This document shows, in pieces, positions 1 through 10,300 of a DNA stretch of 64,000 nucleotides. Position 1 is the first letter of the stretch, and each line of letters begins with the position of its first letter. The DNA comes from an uncultured archaeon (GTDB lineage: Archaea > Asgardarchaeota > Thorarchaeia > Thorarchaeales > Thorarchaeaceae). The notes below the pieces were generated by a model, which was not told where the DNA came from, made no database searches, and was given only the letters and a program-made list of their open reading frames with translations. The position numbers and the translations under genes were made by a program. The DNA lies in assembly GCA_964473825.1 (NCBI GenBank), contig CAYYQL010000001.1, forward strand, positions 128,001-192,000. Reading direction: 5' to 3'.

Positions 1-137
1 TCGCAGTCATTCTCCTCAGCTAACTTCACGTAAACGTCAATGTCCCTTCGGGGGTCAATTACAAATGCATCATTCCCAGAATGTACGAAATAGGAGAGAT
101 GCGAGAGCCCTTCCGAGCGTATCTTTACAACTCTCAT
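1..137 (-). CDS. MBL-fold metallo-hydrolase (glyoxalase II/persulfide dioxygenase-rhodanese type), N-terminal part only; truncated by the window edge
   Basis: Not in the ORF track. Manual translation from ATG at 137 gives MRVVKIRSEGLSHLSYFVHSGNDAFVIDPRRDIDVYVKLAEENDC, the typical N-terminus (SY...AxVIDPRRD) of this family. Confidence 0.8.
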   Translation of the reverse strand, partial: MRVVKIRSEGLSHLSYFVHSGNDAFVIDPRRDIDVYVKLAEENDC

Positions 138-222
138 TTCAAATTCCCTACAATGCACAACTCGCCGGCTCGCTTTTAAGATGTGAGGTAACACATCGTG
201 CAAGCCGAAGCCTCTATCTCCA

Positions 223-1374
223 CTATGAATGGTCCCATCTTTTCAAGAGTCGAACAGCACTGTTCACCTTGTTCAGATGGGCATAGGAAAGCAGGAGGCT
301 AGAGTTCTCAGTATCAGGTACTACTTCAGTGAGCAGACCGGTCTTTGTACTTTCAATATGGGACTGGATCAAGCGATAGCCATCTTCATCAAGCTGATCT
401 TGCAGACGCGCAACATCGTCGACGCTATCCAATGCAGCAAGAGTTGCTCTAAGAATCGAGAGAGCTTTAAGCACAATAGTTTCGTTGCCGCGAGCATCAT
501 GGCTCTGCATCAACCTAGCAACCGTGCATCTGGCTTCTTCCATATCCGGCTCCTCGGCTCTTGTCGAAGAACCATCGTCGGCAAGCTGCCCGATTTCCCG
601 AAGCAACAGGTCGTGAAGCGAGTCTATTGTGGCTATGGTCGTTAAGGCGCTGTTGCCTAAAGCCGCCTCAAAGCCTCCTCTCGTGAGCGGATGACGAACA
701 ATGTCTTCGTGTAGAGAGAAACTGCTTCCAGCACAGAGTACAGGATGGTCTGGGTCAATATCTCGTGTCCTACATCCTGCAAGTATTGAAAGCAAATCAC
801 ATCCACAACACTCGCATACAACTGCACCGAGTATGACACTCTCAATCCTCTGAAATATCTCAGAGACTGATTCCTTGTTCTCGACTCTACGAATATTCAC
901 ACGGCCGTCCTGCAGCACGGTGATACTCATCTCAGAAGCCTTGATCCGCCCATACCCCAGTTCACGACTACACTTCACGTCTTCAAAGGGAACTTCTAAG
1001 CATTCTAACAGGTCACAGAGAATAAGAGGGTCGAACTGTTGGAAGCGAACGGGTTCACCAAGCTCTATCCCATTGTAGACTCTGAGCTCAGCCATGAGAC
1101 GCTTATCCGTGTCCTTGCAGGGTCTTGTATACAAGACGCCACCCTTTGGTCGGTCGGGTGCGATTCTAGGACGCGCCTCCATTCTTCCCGCGCGATTGGT
1201 TTCCAACTCCTCCCTGTCATCTGCGAACTCAGGTAGACCTAGGATGGGGCATGCCGCAACTTCCAAGTCGCCCACAAGAACCGCCCGCGAGAAACTCGAG
1301 CAGGTATTCCGCCCACATAGACCGCAGTCGATTTTCGGTGTGCTCTTCCATGTTCTGACCCAGATGCTGCTCAT
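223..1374 (-). CDS. (Fe-S)-binding domain protein
   Basis: N-terminal DCGLCGxxTC...ACP Fe-S motif, internal PC and CECCGC motifs. Start placed at MSSIW (1374), not 1518. Confidence 0.65.
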   Translation of the reverse strand: MSSIWVRTWKSTPKIDCGLCGRNTCSSFSRAVLVGDLEVAACPILGLPEFADDREELETNRAGRMEARPRIAPDRPKGGVLYTRPCKDTDKRLMAELRVYNGIELGEPVRFQQFDPLILCDLLECLEVPFEDVKCSRELGYGRIKASEMSITVLQDGRVNIRRVENKESVSEIFQRIESVILGAVVCECCGCDLLSILAGCRTRDIDPDHPVLCAGSSFSLHEDIVRHPLTRGGFEAALGNSALTTIATIDSLHDLLLREIGQLADDGSSTRAEEPDMEEARCTVARLMQSHDARGNETIVLKALSILRATLAALDSVDDVARLQDQLDEDGYRLIQSHIESTKTGLLTEVVPDTENSSLLLSYAHLNKVNSAVRLLKRWDHS

Positions 1375-1643
1375 GGTGGGGTGCCTCTTGGAAGAGAAAA
1401 GGCCCAGAGGCACAAATTTAAGCTTTTGTTGTGGGCCAATTCTCGGCTCTGTAGAATAATTCACATCAGGTGTGGGAGCGAGTCCTGTCCTTGTTCCAGA
1501 ATGTCCGGATGTGAACATTATGCTAGCAAACTGATGATGATCATGGTCATCGCGACCCTAGTCCCGTTGACTTTTTCTACAGAGCCCCAATTCTCAGAAG
1601 CCTTATTAGCCGACCAAAGTCCCCAGGTATCGAGCGTAGAGCC

Positions 1644-2213
1644 ATGGAACGTACCCGCAAAGCCCTTGACTGGGACAACAGGTCCGAGATGGTGAAGACA
1701 GGCATTCTCCTAATCCTTGTTGTAGGTGTTACACTGGGTGGTTATGGTGTCTTCATGGCTGCAATGGGCACGACCACACCGCTTGTTGTGGTAACAAGTG
1801 AGTCTATGGTTCCGTCAATCAATGTCGGAGACCTTCTTGTCCTCCAAGGCAGAACCGAAGAGGGGATACAGGTCGGCGATATAGTTGTTTATCAGGACGA
1901 CTGGAACCCAAATCCCATTGTGCATCGCGTCGTAGAGATTGAGGAGATAGATGGCGTCTTCTTCTATTACACGAGAGGGGATGCAAATTCGCAGAGGGAT
2001 CCCGGAAATCGAACCATCGATGATATCGTAGGAGAGGTTGTTCTCATCATTCCACAGATTGGCCATGTGAGCCTTTGGCTGAAAGAACCTCTTGGTCAGA
2101 TCACGATAGTGCTCATCTTCATCCTCATCCTCGTAGTGCCTGAGATTGCATGCAAGGAAGAGGAAGATGAAACAGAATCACCCGAGGCAAACGGTGAGGA
2201 AATCCTCGATTGA
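1644..2213 (+). CDS. Signal peptidase I, archaeal/ER Sec11 type
   Basis: TM helix, catalytic Ser in TSESMVP, GDL, His in IVHRV, TRGDAN, C-terminal TM. Confidence 0.92.
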   Translation: MERTRKALDWDNRSEMVKTGILLILVVGVTLGGYGVFMAAMGTTTPLVVVTSESMVPSINVGDLLVLQGRTEEGIQVGDIVVYQDDWNPNPIVHRVVEIEEIDGVFFYYTRGDANSQRDPGNRTIDDIVGEVVLIIPQIGHVSLWLKEPLGQITIVLIFILILVVPEIACKEEEDETESPEANGEEILD

Positions 2214-2238
2214 GAGGGGCAATGACGTCGGTAGAGAT

Positions 2239-3843
2239 TCACATCGCTTCAGATGGACCAAAGACACTGCCAATCAAATCCAGAAACACAGCCTTTCGTG
2301 CTTCACTGAGACTTGCCCGGTTCGTCATCTCAACCAGTTGTTTCGCAGTGGTCTCATTCAAGCGAAGCTTGAACAACCTTCTACCCAGTGAGGCACTGAT
2401 AGACTCGAATTTGGCACCACGCGACTCCTCAGGGATGGCGATAACAGCAATCTCAGCCTCGCCTTCATCAAGAGCACTCTGGAGTCTCTTTGCGGAGTAG
2501 TAGGCAGCCACACCACCGCTTCGATTCCAGTCTTTGACATTTGGCACATCAATTGACACCCTATGCTCATCTCCGTCCCGGTGCAGGACGACAGTGGCCG
2601 ATGTTTGGGATTTCTCGCCGCCTGATGCAGTATGCAGTCGCACCTCAACATCCATCTTCAGGCCAGCGATGAGGATAGCTTTCACAATGGCACCGATGAC
2701 CACATTCGGAGTCAACTTGACAACGTAATCGTCCTGTTCTTCAACAGCTGTTTCTTCCCGGCCGAGCAGAATCCCATCGAGACGATTGATGATGTGCCTT
2801 ATCGCCTCACGGGGAACACCCCTAGATTTGGTGAATGCAGTGTCAATATCCTCCTCTGAGAGTGGGAATAGTGGATTGGGTGGAGGGTCAACGTTCTTCT
2901 CTTCCCAATACCTGTTCATGGTGCGGGCCACGAATCCGGCCACGTCGTTCTTGGTGAAGTGGCGTAATTCCACAGGCTCTTCCATACGGGACTTCATTGG
3001 AGCATCAGCTAGCTCGTAGATTCTGGGCCAGATTTCAGTCAAGCAAGACGCCACAATTACGATGTTCTTTGATTCATTGTATAACCGTTTCATGACCTCA
3101 AGGAACTGCCTCTCACCGTGATCTCCATGTGTATTGTAAGGCCCCTCCATCTCGTCTATGAATAGTGTAAGCGGCTCCTGTGCCCCCTCCGATAAGACCT
3201 TGATTGTTGCTAATGTGACATCATCATCCTCTAGCACAGTATGGACATCTAGGCTATCAATCTCTTCTTGACTCAACGCGTCTCCAAGAAGCCATCTTCT
3301 GGCAAGCACCCTTCGCTTTGGATCTAGCTGATAATGAAGTAACACTTTGACTGCATCTGAGCTGATACCGGGATACTCTTCCAAGGCGCGGTCCATTATA
3401 TGGTCGATATCTTGACTGCCGTTATCGGAACCATCGCCAAAACGGGCGACTAACATTCTTCCGGCACTCGCAAACAACTCATCCCCCGCCTCGTCAACGA
3501 TGCAGGCGTGGAAGTGCAAAGGTACGCGTGCTGGACTCGGTGGAGAGGGAACGTAGATGGTGGTGTAAGGACCAAACTTGGGATCCACTTCTCGTTCCTT
3601 CAACACCCAGAAGAAGTGTGTCTTTCCCATCCCTGCACTGCCGAGCACCGGTTGAAACCGAGGGGTCCCATCGCTCTTCGTGAAACGGATAGCCCTAGCA
3701 ATCGATCGGTCTGCCTCTTCATGTGGTCCCCGGATGTCCACTCCGTCAGGCGTATCTCCTCTGGAAACATACCGTTTCATGGGAAGGTCATTCTGCAAAA
3801 TGTCAAGATACATCTCTTTGTCGAATTGAGTGCTTTCCTCCAT
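2239..3843 (-). CDS. P-loop/AAA+ ATPase with an uncharacterised C-terminal domain
   Basis: Walker A GSAGMGKT, Walker B LFIDEME, arginine-finger-like KSRM, sensor GVPRE. Confidence 0.8.
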   Translation of the reverse strand: MEESTQFDKEMYLDILQNDLPMKRYVSRGDTPDGVDIRGPHEEADRSIARAIRFTKSDGTPRFQPVLGSAGMGKTHFFWVLKEREVDPKFGPYTTIYVPSPPSPARVPLHFHACIVDEAGDELFASAGRMLVARFGDGSDNGSQDIDHIMDRALEEYPGISSDAVKVLLHYQLDPKRRVLARRWLLGDALSQEEIDSLDVHTVLEDDDVTLATIKVLSEGAQEPLTLFIDEMEGPYNTHGDHGERQFLEVMKRLYNESKNIVIVASCLTEIWPRIYELADAPMKSRMEEPVELRHFTKNDVAGFVARTMNRYWEEKNVDPPPNPLFPLSEEDIDTAFTKSRGVPREAIRHIINRLDGILLGREETAVEEQDDYVVKLTPNVVIGAIVKAILIAGLKMDVEVRLHTASGGEKSQTSATVVLHRDGDEHRVSIDVPNVKDWNRSGGVAAYYSAKRLQSALDEGEAEIAVIAIPEESRGAKFESISASLGRRLFKLRLNETTAKQLVEMTNRASLSEARKAVFLDLIGSVFGPSEAM

Positions 3844-3964
3844 GGTCGCGCAACCTCCAGTGGGTACATAACGGTATTCGGAGAAGGATTATGAATCTGT
3901 TGCCTTGAAGTTTCTAACCTCTGGAAGCACCGGGTTTATCAGATGGTGTCTATCTGGAAGAATC

Positions 3965-4945
3965 ATGACATCCGCCATCTCTGTTAAGGACCTCACGAAG
4001 AAGTTTGGAGATTTCACGGCTGTGGATCATATCAGTTTCGAGGTGCAACAAGGTGAGGTCTTTGGGTTCCTAGGCCCCAACGGAGCAGGGAAGACGACGA
4101 CGACCCGCATGCTGACTGGCATCTCTACTCCTACTGATGGAACAGCAAGAATCATGGGTCATGATATCCAGCATGAGGCCTTCGCTGCCAAAGAGATAAT
4201 GGGTGTCGTCACGGACCTGTCCAACGTGTACAACGACCTCAGTGCTTGGGACAATCTCATATTCACAGCCAAACTCTACGGACTCGACAGACACAGACGT
4301 GAGGAGAGGGCTGGGGAACTGCTGGAGATGTTCGGTCTGCAGGAAGTCAGAGATGATAACGTACGCGAGTTCTCTGGGGGTATGAAACGACGCCTCACTA
4401 TTGCAATGGCTCTGATCAACGACGCTCAAGTTCTGTTTCTCGACGAGCCCACTACAGCCCTTGATGTTCAAAGCGTGAGAACGATTCGAGGACTTGTGCG
4501 CGAACTCAATGAGAATGGCACGACTATCTTTCTGACCACACATAATATGCAAGAAGCAAATGAACTCTGTAGCAGAATTGCAATCATCAACCAAGGCCGA
4601 ATAGGAACCATCGGACCCCCTGAGAAGTTGAAACAGGCAATGGAGAAGATGCACTCAATAGAGGTCGCCTTTGATAGGGTAAACGATTCGCTCTCTTCGA
4701 CGTTAACAGATCTTGAAGGTGTAAGGGAAGTCCAGAAACGGGGAGATAAGTTCAGACTATTCACCCTGACTCCACCTGAAACCCTTACGAGCATCTTCGA
4801 ACTAGCGAAGCAAAATGGAATGAAGCTGCTAAGTGTGAACACCCTTGGACCCACCCTTGAGGACGTATTCTTGGAACTGACGGGAGAAGAGATTGTTCAC
4901 AGAGGGAAGTATCAGACAGGAAACATGAAGAAAAGGAGGCAATAG
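3965..4945 (+). CDS. ABC-2 exporter ATP-binding subunit (DrrA-like)
   Basis: GPNGAGKT, FSGGMKRR, LFLDEPT, TTH. Confidence 0.93.
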   Translation: MTSAISVKDLTKKFGDFTAVDHISFEVQQGEVFGFLGPNGAGKTTTTRMLTGISTPTDGTARIMGHDIQHEAFAAKEIMGVVTDLSNVYNDLSAWDNLIFTAKLYGLDRHRREERAGELLEMFGLQEVRDDNVREFSGGMKRRLTIAMALINDAQVLFLDEPTTALDVQSVRTIRGLVRELNENGTTIFLTTHNMQEANELCSRIAIINQGRIGTIGPPEKLKQAMEKMHSIEVAFDRVNDSLSSTLTDLEGVREVQKRGDKFRLFTLTPPETLTSIFELAKQNGMKLLSVNTLGPTLEDVFLELTGEEIVHRGKYQTGNMKKRRQ

Positions 4946-4948
4946 TCG

Positions 4949-5719
4949 TTGTCGAATGATGCAACAATCATCGCCAGAATCCGAAAGGAAGCGTCGCGAG
5001 CATGGGCAATTGGATGGAAAGACATCAAGGTCTACTACCTCTCACCCCCCACTCTGATGTTTGGAGTGATGTTTCCATTTGCATTGTTCTTCACATTCAC
5101 CGTGGGGAGAAATCTCAGCATCACCGAGATGCTACCGGTCCTGTTTGCACAGACTGTATTCTGGGCCGCCTCAACTGTAGGACCGGTTGTCATACCACTT
5201 GAGCGGAGAACAAAGACTTTTGACAGGTATCTCTCAGCCCCAATGTCATTGTTCTCAGTCATTCTGGGGAAGTCATTGGCTGGAGTGGCCTTTGGCCTGA
5301 TTGTATCAGTCATTCCATTTCTTGCGGGATGGTTGTTCTTCTCACTCAAGGTTGTCGATGTCATTCTCTTTATGTTGGGAATCTTCCTCTCATGTATAGC
5401 CTTTGCATCTATGGGAATCATGTTTGCTAGCATCCCTACAGAGAGTGTTGGGAACATCATGATGCCAATGAACTTCATCCGTATACCGCTACTCTTCATC
5501 AGCGGGATATTCATCCCCATAGAGAGTCTGCCTTTCGTCGGACAAGTAGTATCGATGTTTTCTCCCTTGACGCATACATTAATCCTCATCCGTCTAGGTC
5601 TCGGAGTAGAGTCATTCGCCGTGCCTCCTTTGATTAGCATCGCCGTCCTCCTATTCACAAGTCTGCTCTTCTTCTTCGTGAGTAAGCAGTTCCACGAGAT
5701 AAACAAGAGAAGAGAGTAG
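4949..5719 (+). CDS. ABC-2 type permease
   Basis: About 6 TM helices, ERR...YLSAP, SGIFIP and SPLT motifs; directly follows the ATPase. Confidence 0.9.
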   Translation: MSNDATIIARIRKEASRAWAIGWKDIKVYYLSPPTLMFGVMFPFALFFTFTVGRNLSITEMLPVLFAQTVFWAASTVGPVVIPLERRTKTFDRYLSAPMSLFSVILGKSLAGVAFGLIVSVIPFLAGWLFFSLKVVDVILFMLGIFLSCIAFASMGIMFASIPTESVGNIMMPMNFIRIPLLFISGIFIPIESLPFVGQVVSMFSPLTHTLILIRLGLGVESFAVPPLISIAVLLFTSLLFFFVSKQFHEINKRRE

Positions 5720-5832
5720 GACGAAGGGACTCCGATCACGACAAGCATCTCAACAGATGGCCGCAGGCCAATCATTTATGTAAATGTGCCACTCCGCCTA
5801 CTACAGTACCCCCTTGAGGTAGGTGAGATAGG

Positions 5833-7164
5833 ATGCCCTCAAGCCCAGATAGCTCTGTCATTGATGTGAATTCAGCAGAGAAGATGACGCGGCTTTCAAT
5901 TCTCACGGCTACGAGTCGACTAGGCTGGTCATTCAACATCGTTGTTCTTCCATTGTTCGCTATCAGCATCGGGCAAGATGAGGCGTTCTATGGCCTCATG
6001 GTGGCTGCGGCCGGCTACGTCCAGTCAGCGGTTCTCTTTCCTGCAGGGACCTTCAGTGATAGAGCCGGAAGAGGAAAGGCCATACTCATCGGCAGTGTCG
6101 CAAGCGGTCTATGTATGTTTGCACTACCCTTTACAAGTGGACTCTGGTCGCTCATGGTGTATGCCCTTACAGGAATAGGAACTGGATTCACCAGTACATC
6201 GGTAGACTCTCTCGTTGCCGATTATACCGAGAAGGGAGAGGAGAGAACAAGGTCCTATGGAGTGACGCAGGCAGCGGCAACTCTATCCGGTACTGTTGCA
6301 CCCTTTCTCGGAGGCTTTATTCTCGATCCCCTTGCAGCTCCGTTTCTTGATGCCATCAACATCCCCGGAGTGTCCAGTGCACTAACTCGATTTGCAGTCA
6401 TCTTCTTCATCATGGGAGCAATCACAGTAGTGACTGGCCTCTACGGGATTCGGACTGAGAGATGGTTGGAGCAGAACTATGTCATGGAAGCTCCTCCCGC
6501 AAATGAAGAATTGCCCAGACTGGAGAGCCTTGAGGACCCCACAGAGAATGATGCAAAGACCTCTCTCCTGTTTGGGGTTAATAGCCTGATCATGGGGCTG
6601 GCCTCGGGCATGGTCGTCCCCTATCTCATTCCCTGGATTAACAAGGCATTCACAACTAATCCGCTAATACTAGGAAGCGTGCCCACAATCTCAAATCTGC
6701 TTCTCACGACCGGCACCCTATTTGTTGGTTTTTCCAGTGAGAGAATAGGAAAGCTACGACTTGTGTTCCTACTGTACCTTATGGCGCCCATTCTAACAGT
6801 AGGGATGGTATATGCACCATACTTCTTCGTAATGGTCATCTTCTATGTCATTAGGATGGCTGTTGCTAACATGGCGAGACCGGCCACGCACTCGTTATTT
6901 ATGGGCGAAATCACGAGCTCAAGAAGAGGGCGCTCTTGGGCGGTGAATCGCATAATGTGGACATTTCCACGTCAGACAGGTACACTCTTGACCTCCCTGA
7001 TGTTATCTGCAGGAATCTTCAGCGGAATCGTGCCATTCGGGGTCTTTTTCTTCCCAATCGCGATGAGTCTGTACCCACTCTCTGTTCTTCCCATGTACAT
7101 TGCAGTAAAACGCAATGAAGGGAGAAGAGGGGAGATCCTATCTGTCGACGAGAATGGCGTCTGA
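5833..7164 (+). CDS. MFS transporter
   Basis: Motif A GTFSDRAGRG, 12-TM pattern. Confidence 0.88.
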   Translation: MPSSPDSSVIDVNSAEKMTRLSILTATSRLGWSFNIVVLPLFAISIGQDEAFYGLMVAAAGYVQSAVLFPAGTFSDRAGRGKAILIGSVASGLCMFALPFTSGLWSLMVYALTGIGTGFTSTSVDSLVADYTEKGEERTRSYGVTQAAATLSGTVAPFLGGFILDPLAAPFLDAINIPGVSSALTRFAVIFFIMGAITVVTGLYGIRTERWLEQNYVMEAPPANEELPRLESLEDPTENDAKTSLLFGVNSLIMGLASGMVVPYLIPWINKAFTTNPLILGSVPTISNLLLTTGTLFVGFSSERIGKLRLVFLLYLMAPILTVGMVYAPYFFVMVIFYVIRMAVANMARPATHSLFMGEITSSRRGRSWAVNRIMWTFPRQTGTLLTSLMLSAGIFSGIVPFGVFFFPIAMSLYPLSVLPMYIAVKRNEGRRGEILSVDENGV

Positions 7165-7250
7165 TCGCTCCGCCAGAGACCTCAGCAAGATTCATTATTC
7201 AGCAAGGACCTAGCAAAATCAACCAATCAGAAGGGAGCGAGATTGCAGAT

Positions 7251-7889
7251 ATGACCATCATCCGAGACAGCAGGGTTCGCACACTACCTCTGGTAGCATT
7301 AGTATTGTGTTACAGTCTAGCAAGTAGAAACGGGATTCTTACCATGCTATCTATCTTTGGGCTCATTGGCATTGTGTGCTCAAGAGAAGAAAGAGTTGAG
7401 GGGGCAGTGGCCTCATCCGCTAAGGTCATGGCCGTTTCCGAGGATGTCACCGAATCCTATGTCCCACAAGTTGAGCAACCTCGTGCCGAGCTTGTTGAAC
7501 TACCTGTTGAAACAGTCGAGGGAATCGGCCCCAAGTATGGGAAGAAACTCCGTGATGCAGGTATCAAGAACTTGGCAGATCTCCTGAGCAGCATGGCTGA
7601 CGAGGTTGCAAATGTCTGTAATGTGAGTCTGGAGGAGGCACAGATATGGATTGCAGTCAGCAGGTTCTGTTGGCTCCTATCGGTGTCGCAAGAAGATGCT
7701 GAGGCAATCGTATACGGTGGGGGCATTATAGACCTCAAAGAATTGGCCTCGGCGAATCCTCAATCATTGCTTGGACGCATCAACGATGCTGTGCAACTCG
7801 GGCATGTAACAATTCCTGAAGGGTACGAGTTCAAGATTAAGAGAGTCAAGGCTTGGATCTCCGAGGCTCAGGATCTCTTGAGCGACTAA
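7251..7889 (+). CDS. Membrane-anchored helix-hairpin-helix (DUF4332-like) protein
   Basis: N-terminal hydrophobic segment; VEGIGPKYGKKLRDAGI HhH; second degenerate repeat ending KAWISEA. Confidence 0.7.
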   Translation: MTIIRDSRVRTLPLVALVLCYSLASRNGILTMLSIFGLIGIVCSREERVEGAVASSAKVMAVSEDVTESYVPQVEQPRAELVELPVETVEGIGPKYGKKLRDAGIKNLADLLSSMADEVANVCNVSLEEAQIWIAVSRFCWLLSVSQEDAEAIVYGGGIIDLKELASANPQSLLGRINDAVQLGHVTIPEGYEFKIKRVKAWISEAQDLLSD

Positions 7890-8105
7890 TCCTGTCTGAG
7901 ATTCGGCTTTTCTCGGAACTGGGTAACGCCAGAACAAAGAGACCACGCCGCACCATGTCTTTCTACTCCAAAGAGAGATTCCATAAGAAAACAACAAGCC
8001 GATTAGTCACCGAACGAAGCCCATAAATAGCTAGCATATTGAGCCCGAGGCAGATACGACGCAATACTGTCTCGTAATAGTAACGTCACTATAACGGTGA
8101 AGATA

Positions 8106-9299
8106 ATGGCTAAGAGAGACCCAACGAAATGGATGAAAGATGAATATGAGAGTCTAGTTGAGCAGGACCTTAATTGGGAGATTAGAGAACTGCAGGGCCC
8201 AAGTGAGCCGATATCCAAGGTAGACGGTGTAGAGGTCATAATGCTCTGCAGCAACAACTACCTCAATCTTGCCAATCATCCGAAACTTAGGGAAGCAGCT
8301 TTAGAGGCTATCAGAACTCACGGTGTTGGCTCGGGTTCTGTGCGAGCAATCGCAGGTACCATGGACCTACATTTGGAACTCGAGAGAAGACTTGCCAATT
8401 TCAAAGGTGCCGAAGCCTCACTGACCTATTCAGCAGGCTTCACAGCCAACGAGGGGCTTATTCCTCAGCTTGTTGACAAAGAAGATGCCATCATATCTGA
8501 TGAGCTGAATCATGGAAGTATTATTGATGGCGTACGACTGACAAAGGCCAAGCGGTTCGTGTATAAACACAGTGACATGGCGGACCTTGAAAGAGTTCTG
8601 GACGAAGTCGAGAAGGATGATCCACGGCGAATGCTGATTATTACCGATGGTGTGTTCAGCATGGACGGAGACATCGCACCTCTCGATGAGATAGTGAAGC
8701 TTGGTAAGGAGCACGGAGCCATGATCTACGTGGACGATGCCCATGGTGAGGCAGTCCTTGGTGAGGGCGGAAGAGGGATTGTATCACACTTTGGCCTCAC
8801 TCACAAGGATGTTCATTTTGAGATGGGAACTTTCTCAAAGGCCTTCGGAGTTATGGGCGGTCATGTGTCTGGAAGCGACCACATGGTCAAGTATGCACTC
8901 AACAAGAGCCGTTCCTGGCTTCTCAGTGCTTCACATCCACCAGCCACGGCTGCCGCGTGCATTGCTGCAATCGATATTCTTGAAACAGAAGAGCAGCATG
9001 TTAAGACGCTGTGGAACAATCGCGAGTACTTCAAGAAAGGACTTCAAGAGCTTGGCTATGATACTGGCTTCAGTCAGACCCCAATTCTGCCTGCAATGGT
9101 AGGAGAGAGTTCCAAGGCCAACGAGCTTAGCAGCGGCCTATATGATGAGGGAATATTAGCGCTCCCCATTGTGTTTCCGATGGTTGCCCGAGATAAAGCT
9201 CGCATCAGAAACATGATGAACAGCGGCCTCACAAAAGAGCACCTGGACAAGGCGCTCAATGCCTATGAGAAAGTCGGCAAGAAGCTCGACATCATCTAG
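8106..9299 (+). CDS. kbl: Glycine C-acetyltransferase / 8-amino-7-oxononanoate synthase family PLP enzyme
   Basis: SNNYLNL, SDELNHGSIIDG, DGVFSMDG, DDAHG, GTFSKAFG; kbl vs bioF cannot be fully resolved. Confidence 0.85.
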   Translation: MAKRDPTKWMKDEYESLVEQDLNWEIRELQGPSEPISKVDGVEVIMLCSNNYLNLANHPKLREAALEAIRTHGVGSGSVRAIAGTMDLHLELERRLANFKGAEASLTYSAGFTANEGLIPQLVDKEDAIISDELNHGSIIDGVRLTKAKRFVYKHSDMADLERVLDEVEKDDPRRMLIITDGVFSMDGDIAPLDEIVKLGKEHGAMIYVDDAHGEAVLGEGGRGIVSHFGLTHKDVHFEMGTFSKAFGVMGGHVSGSDHMVKYALNKSRSWLLSASHPPATAAACIAAIDILETEEQHVKTLWNNREYFKKGLQELGYDTGFSQTPILPAMVGESSKANELSSGLYDEGILALPIVFPMVARDKARIRNMMNSGLTKEHLDKALNAYEKVGKKLDII

Positions 9300-9414
9300 G
9301 AACGCTATAAGATAGCTGAGGTGTTTCTCATCCGGGAAATACCTCATACCTCTTCTTCTTCGTAGAATTGCGAGAGGTCTAACCTTATCTGCATTGACAG
9401 CTTCTATTGATATC

Positions 9415-9651
9415 ATGAACCAACCAGATAAACTACCGAATCTTAGAGCAGTCTTAATCTGGGCGTCCAAGGAGGAAATCGACCTCAAACTGTATGGGCG
9501 CGACTCTAAGACTCTATCAGAAGGAAGAGTTGCATATATTGGTGACGATGTTGTTGCAATACTGCACAACAAAGATGACAAACCTGACGAGTTCTTACGT
9601 CTTGACGAGATAACCAAGATCACAATTCTCGGTAAGCGACCTCACGTCTAG
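9415..9651 (+). CDS. Small hypothetical protein (paralog of 9877..10110)
   Basis: ORF aligns end to end with the next small ORF. Confidence 0.7.
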   Translation: MNQPDKLPNLRAVLIWASKEEIDLKLYGRDSKTLSEGRVAYIGDDVVAILHNKDDKPDEFLRLDEITKITILGKRPHV

Positions 9652-9876
9652 AAGCACCTCGGATACCCAGTCTGACGCAACATGCTGAACACTGCAACAA
9701 TCCCAAGACAGAATCTGACACCAAGTTTCTCTTGAGGGTGTATAGCCCAAGCGCCAAAGCACTAACGATGAGGTCTTGCCGTATCATCTGGGCTAGATGA
9801 CAATCAACGGGCCATCAGCTCGAACCCGGAAATCGAATTGGAAACCGTTATTGCGATTGGAATTCAATGGCATACC

Positions 9877-10110
9877 ATGAATGAGAGCAATTTGCGATCG
9901 CTGGAATCAGTCCTCAGATGGAGCAAGGATACCGGAAAGAAGCTTCGATTCTTTGGACACGCAATGGTCATACTAGCAGAAGCCTTGGTCGCTGAAGTTG
10001 GAGATGACATCGTCGCCCTGAAACACCAAGAGAAGGAAGAGCCGAGCGAGTTCTTGGTGATGTCCGAGATTGTCAAGACTCAGATACTAGGCGAGTCACA
10101 CCATTTCTAG
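9877..10110 (+). CDS. Small hypothetical protein (paralog of 9415..9651)
   Basis: Shared VLxW, VAxxGDDxVA, PxEFL and EIxKxxILG motifs. Confidence 0.7.
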   Translation: MNESNLRSLESVLRWSKDTGKKLRFFGHAMVILAEALVAEVGDDIVALKHQEKEEPSEFLVMSEIVKTQILGESHHF

Positions 10111-10300
10111 GTTTCCTCTGAGTTTCATAGTAACCCGTTCGCGCATGAACAGAAGCGCATCACTCGAATGTGTACAGCCTTGAGATGCGTGAATAGGCAG
10201 GATGCTATGCTATCAGTAGTCTTCGGATATCTGTCTGGATGGAGTACTGCAACGGTGGCGGCTAGGTTCACATCAATGATCCGCTACACATATCGGTTTC

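Noticed and set aside
4070-5775. Long antisense ORFs (194 aa and 246 aa) and similar shadows elsewhere, e.g. 28708..29334
   Set aside because: They overlap well-supported genes on the opposite strand and have no motifs
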